Assembly (NCBI GenBank): GCA_038496445.1
Contig: JALMLS010000353.1
Location: 372,001-436,000 of the forward strand
Source: Trichosphaerium sp. ATCC 40318
Taxonomy: Eukaryota; Protista; Tubulinea
Length of the DNA stretch: 64,000 bases
Reading direction: 5' to 3'
A program made the translations under genes and the position numbers. The notes beneath the pieces are model-generated. The model ran no database searches, was not told the DNA's origin, and saw only the letters and a list, made by a program, of their open reading frames with translations. Shown piece by piece: positions 37,702 through 50,406 of this stretch. How positions within the stretch are numbered: position 1 is the stretch's first letter; each line of letters opens with the position of its first letter.

Positions 37702-37791
37702 TTTGCATAACAAATGAGACCATTTTTGTTTACCTTCTTTTTTTTGAGCCAATATTTCACTTCACTTCAGCAAGGTAAAACGCACGTTACC

Positions 37792-39120
37792 ATGAGTACT
37801 TTGCCTGTGTTCTTTCCACATGCAGAGCAACCAGACATTGTACGAGCTAGTCAAAAAGACGAATATTACAGGCGCTCGTTGTGTGATAAGTACTTTAAGA
37901 TTTGTAATCGGTACGTTGGATGTCTTTCTGTCTGTTAAAACGAAATTACGTATTTTGTTAATAACTATCACGTAGCGTTATGGGACCGCGTTTTGCCACG
38001 CGTTTTAAAGAAGAACTGACACTAGTACGTAGTATTCCTTATCGTGTACCCACTCTAACTTTATAGGCGTCTGATAGCACTTATTTTGGCCTTTGCACTT
38101 TACTGGGGCGAAAGACGCTTGGAGAAGAGTATTGTGACATCTTACAAGTAAATGGCAGCAATGTGTCACCCTATTTTTATGTATGCTACAATTCTCCAAT
38201 TTACAACAGCCTAACAAGCAACATAGGAGCGCGTTGCACTTGGTATATGGCAAATAATCGTACCTTACTTATACAACAAATTATGTTCAAAGCTATTACG
38301 CTTAGCACGGCCTGCTATCCGTCTACCAAACTTCAAAAGTACGAACCCTCAGTAAATGTCAAAAAAGTGCCAAGATTTTTTAACCAAATTGAAGGAAAAA
38401 AGCAGTGGATAGATATAGAACTCAGCGAAGAAAGAAAGGATCAGATAAATAAATATGTACCACAATTCAAACAGATAATGGACATTATACAACGGCTGCA
38501 TGTCGGTGTGTTCTACTTCACAGGTACGCTTTGCTAAATCCTAGAAACTTTATACTTTTCGGCGTAATTGACTGTTTAAGGCGTGTTTTATCATTGGTCT
38601 AATAGACTTGTGAACATACGTTACGTACGTTGATGCATAAAAATAGCGCAGTACTAAATACCTGGTCAGATATTTAATAGAAAGCTTGATGAACAACGAC
38701 CTCGATACATGATACTTGGCCTTCTTATATTCATACAGATTTTCATTGCGTTGGCAATTTGGACTCATGAACGACTCAAGAAACCTGACACAGAGTACAC
38801 AAGGATTGTCGTTTGGATCTATTAGCCTAATGTATTCCTCTAGAAACCAGGAAGAAATAACCGAAACACCCCAGGCTTATGTTGTGAGTCCGGGAACTTG
38901 CTCGCTCTGTCTTGAAAACCGAACACACTCCACATCCACGCCATGCGGTCACTTATACTGCTGGAGTTGTATAACAGAATGGAGTAATACAAAAGTAAGT
39001 TTGGACTTTTTTTTTACAATGCAATTTTGTTCTTGTCATTAATCTGGACTTTAGTTGGCATGTCCAATGTGCCGTGCACCATTCAAGAAAAAGGAATTGA
39101 TGCGCGTATACGGCATATGA
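37792..39120 (+). CDS. PEX10: Peroxin 10 (RING peroxin)
   Basis: [46 protein letters not shown]...[15 protein letters not shown]...CPMCR. Confidence 0.95.
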
Positions 39121-39386
39121 GCTTACGAGTATTGCACAGTGTACATAATAAAATTTCTGTAAGACAGCCTTCTCTGCGTACATGCTGTGGTGAATGCTGA
39201 GAATGGGCGAAACCAGTACAATTCAGCAAGAGTTTTGATAGTACTCACACAAACCGCGATTTTTTGGTTGTCTATTTATTGTCAGTGATTTTCTTGACTG
39301 CTGTAAAAAATAATAGTGTATAGCTTGGTAACGCATACATCGTTGTAGAATTACATCTATAGTATTGAATTCACTCACACAACAAA

Positions 39387-40032
39387 ATGAATAGAGCCAA
39401 CTTGGTTGTTACGTTTTTAAAGAGGAAGAACTGCTCGCTATGCGACAAAGCTATGGAGAAGCTTCAGATTGTTCAAAAGAAAGTAAGTGATTTTAAACCA
39501 GCTCTATGCTGTATTCTCTTATCCTGAACGCCTTGGAGTGCCCTAACAAACTATTAGCAACCTTTTGAGCTGAAAGAGGTAAATGTCGATGTAGCTCACT
39601 ATAGAGTGCGTATAAGCGTTTAATACATTCACGAGCGATCAAGTTCATCGTTTAATCTGTTTTTTTTATCCTTTGCCGCAATAAGCGCGTTTGTAGGTTT
39701 GACATGTACCTAACATTGTTGCATAGGTATGGGCGCGTCGTTACATGTTCGATGTGCCAGTTGCTTTGGTTGATGGCAAAGAAATCTTCCGCCATCATTG
39801 TGATACTGACAGAACGCTAAGGGCACTACAAAAAGAGCGTGCACGCCTAGATAAAATTCACGCTGCGCTCAAAGGACACGAGAGCATTCTTTCCCAGAAA
39901 GACAAAGAAACAGTCCTATCGCGACGTAATGTCATTGATCATGATATCAAAACAACACCAATTGAAGAAACAAGCGAAGAAGTTCGTGCTCATCTCACCC
40001 CAGAGCAACTCGCACTCGAGGACAAAAACTAG
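39387..40032 (+). CDS. Glutaredoxin-like DUF836 protein
   Basis: Spliced: VTFLKRKNCSLCDKA...FELKEVNVD...W.RRYMFDVPV..VDGKEIFRH. Confidence 0.8.
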
Positions 40033-41720
40033 ATACACAACTGGCAGCAAAAGAAACCAAAAAAAACAAGAATCGATCATTTGGATTATTGGTATTTTTT
40101 TTTTATTATTTCAGGTTGTTCCGCTTGCTGTGTTGCTTCTACATTCAAAAAGGGCCACCAATAGCTTTTTTTTTACAAGCAGAAGAGGAAAAAAAGTGGT
40201 TCAATTGAAGTGTTTGTCCAAAATGTGATTATATGTACAGTTGTAATTACCTTAATTTGAAGCCTTTACGACTCCATGATTGTCTGTTTTATTGTACATG
40301 CTAGTGTTGTCTTTTTTCACGTTGTGTTATTCTTTGTGAGTCTTTACACAAAGCTCCCTTTCAGGAAAAAATGAAAAATAGGAGTTGACATGAACGACTT
40401 CAATTTTCTTAGACTTCTCACCAACTTATACAATACCAGCGACAATACACGTGTTGTTACCCTATACCAGTGTTTCCATAAAAGTGTGAAACTATGCTTA
40501 GTAACGTCCAAGTTGTGAGTGTGTAGGTTTCAATTTCAACGTTCACGTTGTCGCATAGTCCCAGTAAATAACTGGTTATTCGGCTTTGTAGTTTAGTTGA
40601 ACTAACTTCGTTTGGCTGACAAAAGAATGTAAACAGCGCTTACACGTACAATACCTGAACATAATATCATTGCTACTGTTCAAAGGGTTAATAAAGTGTT
40701 CAGAAAATATTATGCGGAATTCAATTGCAAGAAAACCGATTAGCCACGTGTTTTTAGTTATATGCCATTTGCTTTTATTTATAGATTTGACAATAACTAG
40801 AATACAACGCCAGGTTTGTATGTAGTAGTTTAATACATGTATTGTAGCATTATCTGATGGATTCTCGATTGTAACTACCAGAAATTCTCCAATAGAATAC
40901 TCTTGGCGTAAATCTAAGTGAACTCTACGAAGAGTTTAGCTATTGCACAAAACTCCACAAGAGTTCTACATCGTGTGAGGCACAACTCATCACTTTTAAA
41001 GCGGAGCCTTCCGGCAGCTTGTAGACGCATTGAATCCTTGTTTGCTAAGATCAAGCACTGCTCCGGAACCGGAACTGACCTTAAACCTCCGTGTTATTTA
41101 CTATGATAAATCAAAAATGGCCGTGATAATCCATGTATCTCTCTTTACTTTAGAAACTGAAGCGGAGTTCTTAAGTGGTTGTGTTGTGATGAGAACTGAC
41201 TTATTTTTTACTTTCACAAAAAGATCATGAGCGTTAAAGGTCGTGCTGTAGTTTATCGGCCTAGTCCAACGACACCTGTATCAGGGAGACTGCCAATGCT
41301 ATTTGAGTTCAAAATAAATAAGTTGGTATGTTTAGCAATGTATTTTTGTTATTACGCCACAAGACATTTTCGCTAATATGAAACTAGTGTCCACTCTACT
41401 TCTGTGAGACAGGATGGAAGTTACGAAGCTCTCCCACGTCCTTTAAGAATAAAGAATTTAGCTGCAAGCGGCGCTCCCTTCGCCGAAGACTCAGTATACT
41501 GTTTGATGGCACTAAAACGACTAACGGCAAAAAATCACGTGATAAAAGAATGGAGATAACCTTCGTAACTTTGCGGTAACACACTGCCGTAGATGTAAAT
41601 AAACTGCTTGTACATACATTTTGACCATACTTGATGAAATTGTGTCACATATGCGACAAGTGATATTTGAGGACATTGAATGTATTTAGTTACAGGTATT
41701 CTTTTTTTCTTGTTGTTTAT

Positions 41721-43402
41721 TTACACAGCTTCTTCTTCTTTATCAACATAAGTTACATTTTCTCCTTTTTTAGGCGCCGCGAATATCTCATCAAATGCAA
41801 CCCAATCTTTTCTCGTGAATACTGTGTACTCATGGTCTGGACATATCTCTTTTGTAACAGCTCTAACCTCCGTCCAAGGCAAAGGAATATATTGTACAAG
41901 CAATGTCCTTTCGCCTCTATCCCTTGCCTTAAACACTCGTGTGACATCTTCTACTGTATAATACCGATAAGCATCACATTCTTTATATGATTGTAACGTA
42001 CACGTGAAGCATGCAACACTGAGGTTCTGTTTAAAAGTTGCTTTTAAAGCTGCCTTTAACAGCTTGCGTGAAGTAAAAGCTATATTGTTGTAATAAGAAA
42101 ACTCTGACGCCCACCACTCTATCACAATCAGTCAATAAAAAATGTCACGCTAATTTAACAGTACCAATTATATCACTCAGCCTCATATCTCTTCCACCTT
42201 CAGGAGCTATAAAGTAAAGATATATGTCTCTAATCTTTCGTTGAACATCTCTACCTCTCTAAATATCCTCATTAGAATTTGTATAATGAGAAAAACCTGA
42301 GTGTACATGATAGTCGTGTACAAAGTTATTAAACTCAAGAAATCCTGAGAAATCACGTAAAGTTGCTTTACCCTACCAATAAAAGTAAGGATAATTAGTT
42401 ATTACTAGCTTTTTGTGTACACCAGATAGTTGGAAGGCACCATCTATATATACACCTGCTTTTTTCACGTTTGGACGTCCAAGTCGTTGCAGCCCAAGCT
42501 TAAAAACATTGACTGTTTCTATTGGTTTTGGTGAAAGGTTTAATTTTATCTTTTTTGGCGCTTCGGCTTCTTTTTCTTCAGCTTCTGCAGCTGTTGAATC
42601 TTCAGTTTCTTCTTCAACGTTAGTGGCTTCATCCTTTTTGTGTTCATTGACATCTTCGGTAGTTTGAATATCATTTTCTTCTGTAACTTGTTCAACGTTT
42701 TCACGTGCTTCTTCCGAACTGACATTAACTTCGTTACTGTTTTCATCATTGCTTTCCTCTTGGTTAACAGATTTATTTTCTTCTGTAGGCTCTGAATTTG
42801 TATCAGCCTCTTTATCTTCGGAAGATACCCTATCTAATAGTGATCTATTAATACGAGCATACGCGCACCACGTGCCTGGACGAAGCGTTTTATTGTACTC
42901 TTCAATAGAACTAAAAACAGGAACATAGTGCGTCTTCTCAGATTCTACACCGACAACTTGTTTGTCGTCTTGCACTGGAACAAGCCATCTCAACAAAGTG
43001 TCAATTATTTAATGTGCCATGTTGTTAATTACGTTGCACGTGAGTTCATAGCTTCTATGAACGCCAGTTTACGAAACTGACTGTACGTCTTTGATGTAGG
43101 TTTGTCTCTGCGAATCTAAAGACGGCAAGTGTTATTTAATGATCTCACGATCCTAAATACGCACAATATTCCATCTATGAACGACCTTAGGCCAGTTTGG
43201 AGTTTTTCCATTTCTCGTGATACCTTTTGCTTTTAAAAGCCTCCTATTGCTATCCTCGTCAAAGCTTTTGCGTATTTCCATGTGTCTGGTAGATTGTTTG
43301 TGTGTCTGGCGCGTACGCAGTACTATTTTCGTTAAAACACTCTATACAACGTATATACGAACCATTGTGTGATTTAGCGCCATAGGCAGCAGACTTCAAC
43401 AT
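41721..43402 (-). CDS. Uncharacterised protein, weak SseB-N-like motif, acidic insert, possible mitochondrial presequence
   Basis: Exon chain from MLKSAAYG. WLVPV...YVPVFSSIEEY resembles the SseB N-terminal motif. E/N-rich linker. Confidence 0.45.
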
Positions 43403-43510
43403 GATAGCTACGAATCACAGTAAACCCAGACGTCAAATGAAGTCTTGACTTGACACAATCAACAACTCTGCGGAGCACACGTATCAAGAATACTGAATCC
43501 ATCACAGTTA

Positions 43511-45027
43511 ATGTCAACCTTCAAAATAAATAAAACATCGTTTAAAATAAACGATAAGCAATACACACGCATTACACTTGAAAACGGAGGTACATCAACG
43601 AATTTAAGCTAAAATGACTTATTGGTAGGTGCTGGCGCGTATGTGACGCTTGTACCCGAGGTAGGTGGTGCTGTAGAGCAAATTTGTTTACCAAACAACG
43701 AAAAACTTTTTACGTAAGTACATTGTACACCAAACAATCGGTTAACTCTAATGAATTCTTTAAGATTGCTTGCTGCTCCAAATAAGAGGTAAATCACAAA
43801 AGAAAAAGTCGTACAACATTTACTTTGTCGGTCTGTTTACAACCCTCAGTGATGGTAAAACACCTCTGAACAAGGCCTGGATAGATGACTACGCATCTTC
43901 ATGGAAAGGTAGCATGCTCATGCCTTGGCAGAATAGGATAAGGGATGGCACGTGATTAATTTTGTTTTACGAATTAGGAAAACGATCGCTAACAATACTA
44001 AAGGAAAATACTCTTGGAGAGGTCAATGTACTTAAGCTGTGCGAAAATACATTGTGCTTATTTTTAAACTAGCATACACATTACCTGTTAATGAAACGCC
44101 ACGCAATTGCGCTTTGCATGGTCTGTTGTTTGACGCACCTATGACAGTAACAAAAGAAGTAAATAAAACCTATTTAGAACTAATTAACTCGCTCATTACT
44201 ATTGTAGGTCGCAGACGATAAAGCAGCAAAAGTATGCCTCACTTACGAATTTGATAACAACCCTGGCTATCCATGGAAGGTATGCTAAAGGACGTTGATA
44301 CCACATCTTAATATGGGTAAAGGTGCAAGTTTCAATTCTATACACTCTAGACGCAGCTGGATTTAAGTGTGAAATGTGGGGCGTTAATCAATCCGAATCA
44401 TGTGCTCCATTTGCATGTGGTTGGCACCCATATTTTGCACTTAGTAGCGCTGATACGGTTGACAAATGCAGTCTTAAGCTCCAAAATTGTAGGTTTGATA
44501 TCGATTGTTTGTTTTAATCTAACAAGTTTAGGCGAGGAAACAATTGCAGACAAGCAATTATGCCCTACGTCTTCAAAAAACCACCCTGGATTTGATTGCA
44601 GTATAAAAGACCTAAAATTGGATACTGCGTTTCGCATTGGTAGGTGGAATAGAACGTAGTATAATAGCATCTAACATTTGCAGGAAAATTTTCTATTTCG
44701 GACCCAGTTACCGTCTCAGAAGTATGCATATCGTTGTTTTAGTGGTATTCCATTAACGTATCTTAGGCACTCACTGCATCACCAATACCATCAAAGTGCA
44801 GCACTACGCGGGTTGCTGGCCCTGGTGCAACAATTGCCTTGTGGCAAGATACATCATTCCCCTTTGTACAAATCTACACACCGGATGATCGCACTTGTAT
44901 AGCCATTGAACCAACGTCAGGGCCTCCAAACTCGTTTAATGTTCCAGAAAACGAAGAACAATACTTTGTATTGAAAAAGAAGGCAGGTACCACATTCTAC
45001 GGATCTTTTGGAGTTCGCCTGGAATAA
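43511..45027 (+). CDS. Aldose 1-epimerase family protein (YihR-like)
   Basis: GSMLMPWQNRIRDG|KY, NCALHGL, GYPW, PFACGWHPYF, LDTAF, VQIYTP...IAIEP.SGPPNSFN. Needs a GC-AG intron at 43948. Confidence 0.9.
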
Positions 45028-45263
45028 AATAACTTATTTCACATTTGGCACGTGGGGTTTTTTTTTGTGAACGCTTTTGCCACACTTTCATCCCCGCACC
45101 AAAAGCACAACAAATAAACTCTTCGAAGAAGCAAAATTAGCGCGGTTTCCGTGACTACTGTTGACTATTGTGTCGTGCAAAGAATTGTAATTTACATAAT
45201 TTTTTTGTCTGTCTGGAATTGCGTACTGCTCTACAACAAACGTTACGTAGCTCGAGCTACGAT

Positions 45264-48200
45264 ATGAACGAGGAGAATGTTAGTTTCAAAAAATTTGAAG
45301 CAAGTAACGACCCAATGGATACGTTGAGTACGTACATGCTATATTTTACGAACGAATGCCATTTTATTTCATGTTATTCGTATAAGTTCAAATCCTAGTA
45401 CTAATAAATTTAAACACTGCTTCGTACGCGTACCACTCATGCGAGTTTTAGTGGGCGAGGGAGAATTAGAATTATTAGAACTTCACACTTGTATTTCCTC
45501 ACAAAGTGACGTTTACTGACGCTCTCATAGTGCCTGAAACAAAGAAAGAAGTACGTGACGAGCAAGGAGATACTGTAATGGAGGTTAATGAAACGACAAA
45601 CAAAGAAAACATCGAATTGAAGCGTAAACGCGCAAACTCGCTCACTCAAGCAAAGAGGTATGATTAATAAGTATTTTTCTGTTTATTAGTTAGTTTTTTA
45701 TTTTTCAAATTGAAAAGACGTTAAAGTTTCCTAATTACGTATTTGTCGCATAAAGGAACTTGTAGCGTAAAAACTTGTTTTACTGAATATCTTCTGTAGT
45801 AAAAAACGTATCAAGCTGGAAGTCAACAAGCAAGAACAATCTACAAACTACAGTGGTATCAATGCTGAGATTATATCCGATGATGAATCGGTTGAGGAGT
45901 TTGGCGATAATGACAACAAAAAAGAAATAAAAAAAGAAGAAAAACAAGAGCAAAAAGATCAACCAAAAGAAGAAGAAGAAAAGGTCAAGGGACCATTGAC
46001 ATTGTCAAAAAATAGCGACAAGGAGAAATACGAACTTGGTGCTGGTATGAATGAGAAACTGCGGCCTTATCAACGCAAAGGCATAAAGTTCTTGTATCCT
46101 TTTTACTTTTACAAGTCATTTATGGCTTCAACTCCACTAGCACCAAAATTTGGTTAATTTAAACGTCAAATGACGTTTTGTTAGTTACCAATTTTTTTTG
46201 CGTCTACATTGGTATCTAACAATCGCATTTTGACAGTATTGCCAATACTGGTGATTTGGTGGGGTTTTCTTTTTGCCAGCAGTATAAATAGTTGAACCTT
46301 GACACTACGAAAGATTCAAGCTCTTCAAACAAAAAACAGGGGTACAGTAACTTGCAATTTAAGTTTTTTTATATTAACTTTGTTTTAAAGGGCATCCTTG
46401 GAGATGATATGGGTTTGGGTAATGTTTTTTTTGTGTGCCAGTTTCGCTGAAATTAAAGCGAATAAAGTGTTTGGAAATTAAAGTTTTAGGGTTAACTGTA
46501 ATATAGGAAAGACGGTTCAAGCGCTTGGGTTTTTGTTTGCTATATTGCCAAAACGTAAATCTAGATTTAATCTATCACCTACAAAGGTTGGAAATGTATC
46601 TCATGTTGAATCAGCACCTCCTGATCCCCAAAAGAAGCATGGCCAAGTGAGTGTTTAAATTTTTTAAGAATAATAGTCTTACTCTCTTAGGTCCTTGTAG
46701 TATGCCCGGCGAGTGTAATACCTAATTGGGAGGATGAAACAAAGGTGTGGAGGCGGTTTGCAAACAGATCAGATGTAAGATTTCAAAGGTACAACATTAA
46801 GTGTATTTAACAAATAATTTGACAAAATGATTCAAAGGTATTTGGGTCCAAAGAGGAAAGAAGTCATAGACAACTTGGACAATGGACGCGTTGAGATTGT
46901 ATATACATCCTATGAAACTTTTAGACGCGATTTAGCTGTATTAAACCGAGACTGGCTTTGTGTAGTATTAGATGAGGTGCATCGTGTAAAAGGTAAGTTG
47001 GTTTTTGTTTTAAAAGAAACAACTGCTAACGCCTTCAATAATAGCCCGCAAATCAAAAGTAGCTATGGCTTGTCAAGAACTCCGTACAATGCGACGATAT
47101 GGCTTGACTGGTACAGTAATGCAGAATAACTTTGAGGAACTTTACACCTTGCTTAATTTTGTTCGGCCTCACTGTCTTGGCACACTTGACAACTTCCGTC
47201 GTTTGTAAGTTCTTATCACCTTTAACAATATTTAAAGAGAGCTTCTCCTAATAGTGGTAGGTATACTCACCCAATTAAAACGGGTCAACGACGTGATGCA
47301 AGTAAGCCTGATATTGCTAGAGCAAAAAGAGCAACAAAGCAGCTCAACACAATTATACGAAAGGTACTTGTACAATTTCTTTTATTTCTTTTATTTCAAC
47401 TTTGTATAATTCTAACACGTGTTCAAGATCGTTTTACGGCGTGATAAGTCTATCATTAGTGAATACTTGCCTGGGAAACAAGATAACATTGTATTCTGCA
47501 ACTTGACGCAGTTACAAATACGTATGTACAAGAGATTGCTTCAGTCAGATGAATTTCAAAGGCTGATTTCATACAAACAGCCTTGCAGCTGTGGGTACGT
47601 CTTGCATTGTCGCATAAACGTTGCTTACGTTTTTCAAAGCTCTGGTTTCAGGCAAAACGATTGTTGTTTTGCGAAAAAGGGCGGTGGTTCATGGAGAAGC
47701 CTTTTGTTCCCTGCATTGCAAACACTATTAAAGCTATCTAATCGTGAGTATTGTTTTTTTTTGTTGAAGGCATTTAAGTTTATGAGCAATTCTTTGTAGA
47801 TACCATGTTGTTACAACCAAGTGAATTGAAAAGAGAAAAAGATAGAGCGAAACATACGCGAGCTGTAAATTTATGGAATATTGCCGTGGTACGAGATGCT
47901 TGTTTTGTTATTCCTTTAGTTTGTTTGTACTAACTTTTTATTTTTTAGGGCGAAGATAGGGCATTGATAGAAGAACTTATTGAGACAAGACAACATGAGA
48001 TGTTGTGTGGTAAAATACTTACTCTGAAATCTTTATTGCCTATCTGGAAAAGCAAAGGTCATAAGATATCCTTTAAGATTTTTTGATTCCTCTTTTTTCG
48101 TACAAACATATAAAGTCGCTTAACTATGATACATTCTACTCTTTTCTCAGTCCACCAAGATGTTGGATATTTTATATGGCGTTGTCAAAAGTGCAGGGCT

Positions 48201-50234
48201 ATCATCATTACGTCTGGATGGATCTACTCCTTTGAATGAGAGAAAGCGTAGAATAGATATTTTTAATAATCCCAAAGGACGTATTGATTTATTCTTGATA
48301 AGCACAAAAGCTGGTGGTCTTGGGTTGAATCTTACTGGTACTTTTAAACATAACTTGAACGTTGTTTTTTAATGAAACATAAATTAGGAGCCAATATTGT
48401 TGTTGTGTATGACGCCTCTTGGAATGCTACACATGATCTTCAAGCGCAGGATAGAGCGTATCGTATTGGTCAAACGAAACACACTGATATTTACAGACTT
48501 ATATCTGCTGGTACAATAGAAGAAATGACGTATGTGAAAGGCCCTTGCTGGGAGTACGTTTTGTTGACAGGATGTAGGTATAATCGGCAGATATACAAAC
48601 AACAAATGGCTGGTATAGGTATAGAAGGGACGTATGAGCGTAGGTATTTCACTGGTGTGGAGGGAGTAAAAGGACAGGAAGGAGAAATTTTTGGGTTAAT
48701 TAATCTCTTGAAACTTAGTAGCGATAAGCTGTTCACAAATGGTAACTATTTTACATGATTCGCCAACGTATACTAAAAAACTATTTAGATATTATAGAAA
48801 AAGCTAAAGATTCCGAAGAAAACTACATTGTAAAGGAGAACAAACTCAATAAGGAACAGCCTTCAATGCTAACTGGTACTGGCAAGTATTAATAAGTTAT
48901 CTAAAGTTTGTATTCTGTAGGTTTGTTTGATAAACCTTCATCTCAAAACGAATCTACAATAGACCTCACAGGAGACGAGAAACTTATTGATCTTGACACG
49001 ATAGCATCGCGTACGAACCTAGAGCTTTGTCCTTTGTCTTTTTAATAGCTTGAACGCCTTGTACTAACTTTTCTTAAGAATTGAATAACAAATCTTTCTC
49101 AGTGTTCGATGATGATGTAGCCAAAGCACTTGCCGCTTCTGGTGTTTTGTACACTCACCGAAATAGGGTACACTTATACCTTTCTTCTTTTTTTCTTCTT
49201 TTTTTTTTGAAAATTAAATGAATCAAAACGAAGATTTCGTTTGCATAGCTAATTCGTCAGTGTGCATCGCCTTCTCTGTGTGGCTTCGCGCACTGGCGAC
49301 TTAATTAGACATGTAGTACCCTCTGTAGTGTAATGGCAAATCACGCTTGGTTGTAGCCCGAGAAATGGTGGTTCGATTCCATCCGGAGGGATTTTTTTTT
49401 ATTTGAAATTCATATTCTATTTTCGCTTATTATTGTAACACATCTGCTAATACAATGCACAGGATATTGTGGGTGAAAGTAGAGCTGAAAGACAGCTTGC
49501 TAAACAGCTAGAGGAAAAATACAAAGGAAAACTTGGTTCTAGCCTAATGCCTCCTACTATGCCTAGAACGCCTTATTCAAATACTCCACTTGGCAACACA
49601 AACTTTACGCGGCTTATCCGCTCGAATAATAGCTTAAATATGCCAAGACAACCGATGACCTTTAACCCATTCCTTTCAACGCCTAGCGCTAGGAATTTAC
49701 AGACACCTCTGTTTGGTAAAGATACTTTATCTGTTCCTGGAGCAATGGCGCGGCCGGGTATAGCGCCTACATTTGGTAAACCTGCAAGGAAGCTGAATAC
49801 AGGTAACTTTTCATTCAATGGTACTTTGGGATCAGGTGTGCGTCGTCCATGGTTAAACAAAAATGCTTTATCAAATCCTGGCTCTATGAAACGTCCAGGT
49901 ATAACACCGACGTTTGGTAAACCTTCAAAGCGATTTGGCTATAATTTCAAGCTACCTACAGCGAACACTAATAATGTGGTACGTTTATTCAGAACCGACA
50001 CTGAAATGTCTTTTTTTTCTAATGTACTATTTTCTGAAGGTCAATATTACTACACAGGATCCATTAGAGTTAATGGAACAGAGCGCCAAGGCAATGGGTC
50101 TTTGGACACCGATGATGGAGCAAACCAATAAGACACTTTTGCGTCAGGCAGCCGAACGTGCTCGGAAGCAAGCTGAACTTGCGGAAAAACGGAGGAAGCC
50201 TAATAACAGTGAACCCATTGTAATTGAAGATTGA
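45264..50234 (+). CDS. ERCC6L2: SNF2-family helicase ERCC6L2/RAD26L-like
   Basis: [81 protein letters not shown]...GEIFG and a VIGSSK-like YTHRN.DIVGES. Confidence 0.85.
46094..46313 (+). other. U12-type (minor) GT-AG intron
   Basis: Donor GTATCCTTTT; branch-like ACCTTGAC ~10 nt before AAG. Removal joins IKFL|FKLFKQKTG. Confidence 0.8.
48066..48132 (+). other. U12-type AT-AC intron
   Basis: Donor ATATCCTTT; branch GCTTAAC; ends ...GATAC. Removal restores the conserved GHK|[14 protein letters not shown] helicase motif. Confidence 0.92.
49319..49391 (+). tRNA. tRNA with GTA anticodon (Tyr), intronless, inside an ERCC6L2 intron
   Basis: Cloverleaf: acceptor CCCTCTG/CGGAGGG + A73, D-arm GTGT/TCAC, anticodon arm CTTGG-TTGTAGC-CCGAG, T-arm GGTGG-TTCGATT-CCATC. 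Followed by a T9 Pol III terminator. Confidence 0.9.
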
Positions 50235-50406
50235 TTGGTAACACTAACGATAAGACAATAATCTTTGCACCGTTGTAAATAAGTTGAAAAAAAAAAAAGG
50301 CAGAGATTGTTTGTTTAAGTCGTATTTCTTATTTTAGTTCACAGTCAACTTGTTTTAGTGAGCAAAACTACTTCCGTTAGTACAAAAAGTTGGTGCAACT
50401 GCCTTC

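Noticed and set aside
40230-41600. Short ORFs on both strands
   Set aside because: Interrupted by stops, with no consistent splice model or known motif.
48882-48920. Additional GC-AG intron (GCAAGT) in ERCC6L2
   Set aside because: An in-phase GT donor 6 nt upstream works equally well.
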